From assembly GCA_043732305.1 (NCBI GenBank), contig JAYTHU010000212.1, positions 1 to 23,547 on the forward strand: a stretch of 23,547 nt of DNA. Direction: 5' to 3'. Made by a program: the position numbers and the translations under genes. This stretch comes from Oligoflexia bacterium (GTDB lineage Bacteria > Bdellovibrionota > Bdellovibrionia > JABDDW01). Numbering within the stretch: the first letter of the stretch is position 1; each line of letters begins with the position of its first letter. Of the stretch, positions 18,271 to 23,547 are shown in pieces. The notes under the pieces are model-generated. The model had not been told where the DNA came from and ran no database searches. It saw only the letters and a list, made by a program, of their open reading frames with translations.

Positions 18271-21200
18271 GTGGCATTGAGAGTCCTGTTTAAAAATATT
18301 TTTCTTTTTTATTTGATTGTCGCTTTTATGCAGTCCAGTGCCTTTGCGGGTTCAAATTCAAAATCCTGTATTAGTTTTTTAGAGAGTGTTGTCCAACCTC
18401 AATATGAAGTCACAAAATCAGATATTTCTGCTAAAATAGAATTATTGAATGAGAAGCTGGCCGAAGTGAACGCACGGCTCTATCCAGATACCGATCCCTT
18501 TAGTCAGGTTTTAAGTCACGAACAGGCATTGAGAGTCTTTAAACGACTTTCCATAAGAAAAAATCCGGATGGCAACACTGTTGATTTTTTAAATGCGGAT
18601 GGGAATCATACGACAGATACTCCAGCAGAGCAGATCAGACATATTCTCAATGAAAATATTGGAAATCGACAAATCAAGATTGACCCCAGAATAATTAAAA
18701 TCATTGTTGATGATACCATGCAAGTTTTAGCAGACCCCAAAGCCACAAGGTCCACTCTCCTCACTGTGGCCCAAGGAGTAAAACTTGGTGGTGAATATTT
18801 AAGACGTTTTGAAGTCCATGAGAATGTAGTGGATCGTGACGGCAAACCACCGGGCCCCAAACCAGATCCGAAAAAAGAAGAAAAAAAGAAAGATAAAAAG
18901 GAAAAAGAAAAAGCAGATCCAAAGTATCCAAAACTTCCCAAGAACTATAAACCAGCAACCAAAGATACAGATAAGCCCAGTAGCGAAGAACTGAAAGAAA
19001 AATTTGTAGTTGCTGAAACCAATACAGGCACTGACTTCTTTACAGTTTACAATTTCAACTCTGTGGTTCGTGGTGCAGACATGCCTTTTATGAACTCGGC
19101 CTTGCCCCATAATCCATCTGCGGTATTACCTTTTCAACACACCTCACACTTTCTCAAAATACACATGGCCGATGAAACCCAATTGGATCTCTTTTATGAT
19201 TCCGACTATGAACTTTTACAACCTGCCGATCCTAATTCCCATATTACTGTCACCGAAAGTGGTGATTATGTTCTCCATTCTAGTAGTCAAGAAGTTCTCA
19301 TTCCTTTAAGACCCAAATCATCGGAGACACTGACACCGGAAGAATTTGATTTTTTCACAAGACCTGTGGGCGTGCATGAGAGTGAGTTTCTTGAACAAAT
19401 GCGAATTGACTTATTGGAACCCCTCAAAGGTAAACCTTTACTGCAAATAGCAAGAGAAGTGGCGCGGTATATAAGAAAAAACTTTCTCTACTCCGTTGAT
19501 CAGAAGGATGGCACAGATCCCATGGATGCCATGAAGAGCAGTGACCCCACAAAGCCCGCCGCTTTTCAATGTGATATGGCTGCCTACATCATGGTTTCCA
19601 TTTTACGGGATATTTACAAAATCCCATCCCGTGCAGTGGGTGGCTATAAAGCAAAGAGAAAAAAATCAGTGTCCACTCAACATTCTTTTTTAGCCATACC
19701 AGACACTGCCCATGCTCGAGTTCGGGCTTTTATTGATGGGAGGTGGCATAACTTTGATCCAACTCCAAGCAAGAAAGATCGCAAAGTAGATAATAAGGAT
19801 CAGGAAGACGATGATTTCCAACCTGTCCCTGATAAAGATACTGAACATAATGAGGACGGTGAAAATCAGGAAAACACTCAAGAACAAAATGTGGACCCCG
19901 GCGAATCGGGCCAGCAGGTTAAAAAAGAATCTCACCGCGAGAAAGTAAAGAAAAATTCAGAAAAAACAATTGGTGAAAATATAGTAAGTAAGACGGAAGA
20001 AAAGAACAAAGGAGCTGTAGATAAGACAAATTCTGATGAAACGGGCAAAACTCAAGGAGAAATGGATCAGGATGATTTGATCAAAGAGCTTGAGATTGGA
20101 TCGCTCAGCCTTAAAAAAGAAAGCAATAGTAATCCTTTGCTAGCCAGAGCCATGAGAGTTCTTTTGAGAGACGCTCTCCATCCCTTGAATACAAAAGCAG
20201 CTAATTTAGAAAAACTTCATAGACTTGAAGCTACTTTGAGAGGGACTCCCTTTTCTGAACTTTTGGAGTTGGCGAGTAAATCCATAAAAATTTTTGAAAA
20301 AAAGAGCGGCTCTATCTCTGACGGTATTGACCGTGTGGCAGGTAATATTTCAAAGCAAGACATTAATATAAGCTATGGTCAGATCAATTCCATAATTGGG
20401 CAATTGGAAGCTTTTAATAAGACATTGGATGAAAATGGGCGATTAAGAAAACCTACGGAGTTAATCAATGTTTTGAAGCAGGTTAGAGAATATTTGTTTA
20501 AACTAGAAGCGGCCAATGCCCAAGAGATTGCCGTCGTCAAAAAGTTCATGGAGCAGTTGCCTCCCATTTCAAAATCACTTGTGAGAGAAACCTATAATTT
20601 GACCAGTGTGGGATCTAATTCTGCTACCTCCTTGGTGGCCAAGGATTTAAAAAGCGGAAATCTTCAAAATTTCAGTCTTATTTCTACTTTGAGTTCTTTA
20701 ACGGATTTTATTTTAGATGGGGAACCCACGCCTGAGTACGTCACTGCAAAAACATGGGTGGAGAATACCCGTCATCCCAGGGGCCGAGATCTTCTTCCCA
20801 CTCAAAATCCTTTAGAGGCCCATAGAGCCTTGAGTCTTCAGCCAAATAAAACTCTGGAAGAGAATTTTCAAGAGGGAACTTTATTTAGTCCAAAGAGGAG
20901 AAAGACGACTTTAATTCCCACGGGTTACGGAAAATACGATGACGTGGATCGAGTGACAATCACGGGCTATGACACCTCCGGTTCCATGGACGGCGATCCT
21001 GGCGAACTTCAGGGAGGGCTGTTTGCCGCTTTCACGGACAGAGCTTTGAGTGACAGATCTCCTTCAGGTAGACACCGTCATAAACTGATTCATATGGGAT
21101 TTGATGCCGTTGTTCACAAAATAACCAAAGTATTTAGTTTGGCTAAAGCTAAAGAACTTATTTTGAATTTTAAATCTGTTTTTGCCAATACTCATAATGA

Positions 21201-21936
21201 AACGGATATTGAGGCTTTTCTTTTGCAAGCACTGGCTGCCATTGCAGAGGCGCAAAAGGCCGCAGGGGAGCCACTTAAAAAAGCGAGTATCGTGCTGGCT
21301 ACGGATGGGCAGGCCACAGTGAATCTTGAGAGAATACTCAAGGCCCGGGCTGCCATTGACCGCAGAACGCCCATTGAAATTATGTTTATTGCCATCAATG
21401 GCACTAATCCAGACCTTATGAAACTGGCTATTGAGAGTGGAAAAGCAGGATTTAGTAAGGGGCATTACCGTGAGTTTACTCCAGAACATATAAAAGAACT
21501 TCTAGACGAAGCAAAAACGCTGAAAATTCCTAAAAGAACAGATGCCTTTTTTACTGAGAGAAGGGCTGAGGAAATTCCTGTTGAAGTTCATGGGCTTTTG
21601 GCTCAAGCCGCTCAGCTTTCTCGCAAATACTATGCCCATCTTACCAATGAGAATTCATTTAAAGCCCCAAGCACTTGGCAGAATGAATTAGAGGCCATGA
21701 GACAACCGCAAATACAGAAAATTGAGAGACCCTTGGAGAGTTGGTTTTCTTCCTTAAGGGGAACGCTTTATTCATCAGAGATATTTAAAGATAGAAAACT
21801 TGCTTATCTTGTCATTGACGATGTGCTTCGCCACTTCGATGAAATGACGAATGCGCCTCTGGATTCCGTTTCCCATCGGGAACTTGAACAGATCAGACAT
21901 ATGCTCTCAGAAGCGAATAGTTATGGCGGCATATGA
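18271..21936 (+). CDS. Large exported protein: transglutaminase-like domain plus ViaA-like vWA domain
   Basis: Signal peptide ending SAFA. Cys434 (FQCD), IPSRAVGGY, His481 (AHARV) and Asp496 (WHNFDPTP) form a transglutaminase-like triad. MIDAS DTSGS at aa 901, plus ETD and ATDG. Lys/Pro-rich and acidic linkers. Confidence 0.88.
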   Translation: MALRVLFKNIFLFYLIVAFMQSSAFAGSNSKSCISFLESVVQPQYEVTKSDISAKIELLNEKLAEVNARLYPDTDPFSQVLSHEQALRVFKRLSIRKNPDGNTVDFLNADGNHTTDTPAEQIRHILNENIGNRQIKIDPRIIKIIVDDTMQVLADPKATRSTLLTVAQGVKLGGEYLRRFEVHENVVDRDGKPPGPKPDPKKEEKKKDKKEKEKADPKYPKLPKNYKPATKDTDKPSSEELKEKFVVAETNTGTDFFTVYNFNSVVRGADMPFMNSALPHNPSAVLPFQHTSHFLKIHMADETQLDLFYDSDYELLQPADPNSHITVTESGDYVLHSSSQEVLIPLRPKSSETLTPEEFDFFTRPVGVHESEFLEQMRIDLLEPLKGKPLLQIAREVARYIRKNFLYSVDQKDGTDPMDAMKSSDPTKPAAFQCDMAAYIMVSILRDIYKIPSRAVGGYKAKRKKSVSTQHSFLAIPDTAHARVRAFIDGRWHNFDPTPSKKDRKVDNKDQEDDDFQPVPDKDTEHNEDGENQENTQEQNVDPGESGQQVKKESHREKVKKNSEKTIGENIVSKTEEKNKGAVDKTNSDETGKTQGEMDQDDLIKELEIGSLSLKKESNSNPLLARAMRVLLRDALHPLNTKAANLEKLHRLEATLRGTPFSELLELASKSIKIFEKKSGSISDGIDRVAGNISKQDINISYGQINSIIGQLEAFNKTLDENGRLRKPTELINVLKQVREYLFKLEAANAQEIAVVKKFMEQLPPISKSLVRETYNLTSVGSNSATSLVAKDLKSGNLQNFSLISTLSSLTDFILDGEPTPEYVTAKTWVENTRHPRGRDLLPTQNPLEAHRALSLQPNKTLEENFQEGTLFSPKRRKTTLIPTGYGKYDDVDRVTITGYDTSGSMDGDPGELQGGLFAAFTDRALSDRSPSGRHRHKLIHMGFDAVVHKITKVFSLAKAKELILNFKSVFANTHNETDIEAFLLQALAAIAEAQKAAGEPLKKASIVLATDGQATVNLERILKARAAIDRRTPIEIMFIAINGTNPDLMKLAIESGKAGFSKGHYREFTPEHIKELLDEAKTLKIPKRTDAFFTERRAEEIPVEVHGLLAQAAQLSRKYYAHLTNENSFKAPSTWQNELEAMRQPQIQKIERPLESWFSSLRGTLYSSEIFKDRKLAYLVIDDVLRHFDEMTNAPLDSVSHRELEQIRHMLSEANSYGGI

Positions 21937-21949
21937 TAAGGCCTGCCCC

Positions 21950-22068
21950 CTGTTTCAGGGAATGAAAAAAACTTTCGCAGTGAGCGTTGTCGTAACAATT
22001 TCCACGTCGAAACATACTGGCAATTATTCCCGACAACTTAAGTCTTTTTGCAAATCTCTCAGACGCAG
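21950..22068 (-). mobile_element. IS3-family orfB (rve/DDE) internal fragment
   Basis: [38 protein letters not shown] matches the IS3 transposase signature SMSxxGNCxDNAxxESFFxxLK. Confidence 0.88.
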
Positions 22069-22982
22069 ATTCACTGCTAGCCACCTGAAAAGAGTAAAAA
22101 GAATTTTAAAAGAGATGTTACCAAATATTGGGGGGACTTTCCCCAAATCGGATCACTTCTGCATATCTGTCCAACCTTCAGCGAGATCTAAAGAACGAAG
22201 GGGCAGAAAACGCGACGGTAAATCGGAAGACGGAAGTCTTAACTGCTATGTTGAATTACTCTACTAAAAACAGAAGGGTTCCTTTTAACCCTTCCTCTGG
22301 ATTTCGAAAACTCCCACTCAATCAAATTGAAATGAGTTTCTGGGAGGCAAGCGAAGCTCAAGATTTTCTCAGTTTTGCGTCAGCACGCTATCCTGAAACA
22401 AGTGAGTTGAGATGGATTTACATAGTCTATCTTTTGGCCCTCAACATAGGAATGAGGGCTGGAGAAATTTGGGGGCTTAAGGCACCTGATTTGATTGACG
22501 ATGGCGAAATAATTTTAATTCGGCGTCAGTTCAATCGAGTCACAAAATCCTTTAGTCCGCCCAAAGGTAAAAAACCACGAAGCGTTCCTTGCTGCGACAG
22601 TCTGAGGACTGAACTTTTAAATTGGATAAAGTTTAAGAGGGTAAATAGTGATCAAACTATCTTCCAAGGAGCGAGTCAGAACCCCGTCAACCATGACACC
22701 TTCGGTGATAGGCGCTTTGACAAAGACGTGGGCTTGTGGGGCGGCCGGAGAATCCGCTTTCACGACATGAGGCATACTGCGGCTTCTCTGATGATTGCAA
22801 ATGGAGTTGATTTAAAAACGGTGAAGGAAATCTGTGGTCACAAAAATATTGCGACCACCATGAACTACTGTCACCTGGTCAAAGACAATCTAAAGCAGGC
22901 AGCAAAATTATTTTCTCTTAAGCCAAATCTAGAATTTGAGCCCAAAAAAGTGGTGAATTCTGGTTTGTTTTTGGTGAAATAA
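22069..22982 (+). pseudogene. Tyrosine recombinase/phage-type integrase, 5'-truncated and frameshifted
   Basis: Catalytic R (GMRAGE), K (PKGKK), HxxR (FHDMRH), H (GHKN) and Y (TMNY) are intact. Upstream [21 protein letters not shown] lies in another frame across the G6 run at 22130-22135. The N-terminus is cut by the IS3 fragment. Confidence 0.85.
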
Positions 22983-23000
22983 TAAAAATATGAAAAAATG

Positions 23001-23275
23001 GTGGACCCTTTGTGGACCCCTTTTGACATTTCGGGGCACAAAACCGATTTTCAGTTTTTGAATTTTCTTAATGATTTCAGGTAGTTAGAGTTGGTTGCGG
23101 GGAGAGGATTTGAACCTCTGACCTTCGGGTTATGAGAGCGGAAATAGCATTTTTGTAAGCCATTGATTTAATTGGTTTTTATTAATAATTACAAGGCCTT
23201 CCATTAGTTTTTGACTTCGTTTGAGTTCGGGTAATTTCGTGTGATTTCGGGTGGCCGTGGGCCCTCGGTGGACCC
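23001..23275. other. attP-like recombination site: arm repeats, IHF site and phased repeats around a tRNA core
   Basis: GTGGACCC at 23001 and 23012; GTGGGCCC at 23257 and GTGGACCC at 23268; IHF consensus AATCAA-TGGC-TTA at 23156-23168 (minus); four 10-bp repeats at 23211-23250. Confidence 0.75.
23092..23136 (-). tRNA. 3' half of initiator tRNA-Met(CAT); att core, not a complete gene
   Basis: Minus strand CTCATAACCCGAAGGTCAGAGGTTCAAATCCTCTCCCCGCAACCA spans the anticodon loop, T-arm and CCA. No D-arm or 5' acceptor strand upstream. Confidence 0.93.
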
Positions 23276-23374
23276 TAGATCGATTCAGTTACTCTCCTTT
23301 TCTTTCATCAATGTGATCAGAAAAACAAAATGCAAAAAAGGAGAAGTGTTTTGGAACTCACCCGATTTTATTTA
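23268..23374. repeat. Copy 2 of the ~107-bp direct repeat
   Basis: About 90% identical to 8650-8756 by manual alignment. Confidence 0.9.
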
Positions 23375-23547
23375 ACGATATTAAAAATAGCAATTGCCTT
23401 AGCTGTCGCAGGAAATTTAAAAGCCTGCACTCTCGAACTGATGGGACGTGCGTAAGCGCTCCATCGCGCCCATCTTTTCAGCCTTCTTTTTTATGGCATG
23501 ATAGAGGATTTGGCGGGCTCAGGAGAAGTTCTGTGAGTCTTTCGTAG

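Larger units (their letters stand above)
8650..23136. mobile_element. Decayed tRNA-Met-targeting integrative genomic island (~14.5 kb)
   Basis: Tyrosine integrase and tRNA-fMet 3' fragment at the right end; element-end repeat at the left; orphan cargo; IS3 remnants. Confidence 0.7.

Noticed and set aside
16690..21489. Short antisense ORFs inside the ATPase and vWA genes, and similar nested ORFs elsewhere
   Set aside because: Fully overlap well-supported genes and show no recognisable motifs.
16685..21936. Calling the pair ravA/viaA or a known anti-phage MoxR-vWA system
   Set aside because: The motifs are RavA/ViaA-like, but the leaders and transglutaminase fusion differ; orthology cannot be shown without searches.
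21851..22267. 138-aa plus-strand ORF
   Set aside because: Chimeric frame crossing the vWA gene end, antisense IS3 sequence and the frameshifted integrase piece.
23092..23170. Functional tRNA-Met gene
   Set aside because: Only the anticodon loop to CCA is present; upstream bases cannot form the D-arm or acceptor stem.
23211..23250. CRISPR-like or iteron array
   Set aside because: The units are 10 bp, contiguous and spacer-free, with no cas or rep gene; they fit att-arm accessory sites better.

Overview
AT-rich bacterial DNA, probably from a Bdellovibrionota/Oligoflexia-like organism. This is an inference from a TIGR02147-like regulator, a receiver-PilZ protein and many orphan exported proteins. 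Bases 1-8600 hold ordinary accessory genes: the 5' end of an ABC ATPase, a lipoprotein, small membrane proteins, a COG4705/DUF347 protein, two histidine kinases and a receiver-PilZ regulator. About 8650-23136 looks like a decayed ~14.5 kb integrative island. Its right end has a damaged tyrosine integrase next to an attP-like junction: the 3' half of tRNA-fMet flanked on both sides by GTGGACCC arm-type repeats, plus an IHF-consensus site and 10-bp phased repeats. A ~107-bp direct repeat marks both ends. The cargo is almost entirely signal-peptide proteins. The most unusual part is a three-gene block between two IS3 remnants: a RavA/MoxR-type AAA+ ATPase, a 1221-aa transglutaminase-like + ViaA-like vWA protein, and a divergent beta-rich protein. 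All three carry an N-terminal export signal followed by a shared 'S/K-x-C-hydrophobic' motif, which suggests an exported or host/prey-delivered AAA+/vWA/transglutaminase machine. No database searches were run; family calls rest on motif recognition.
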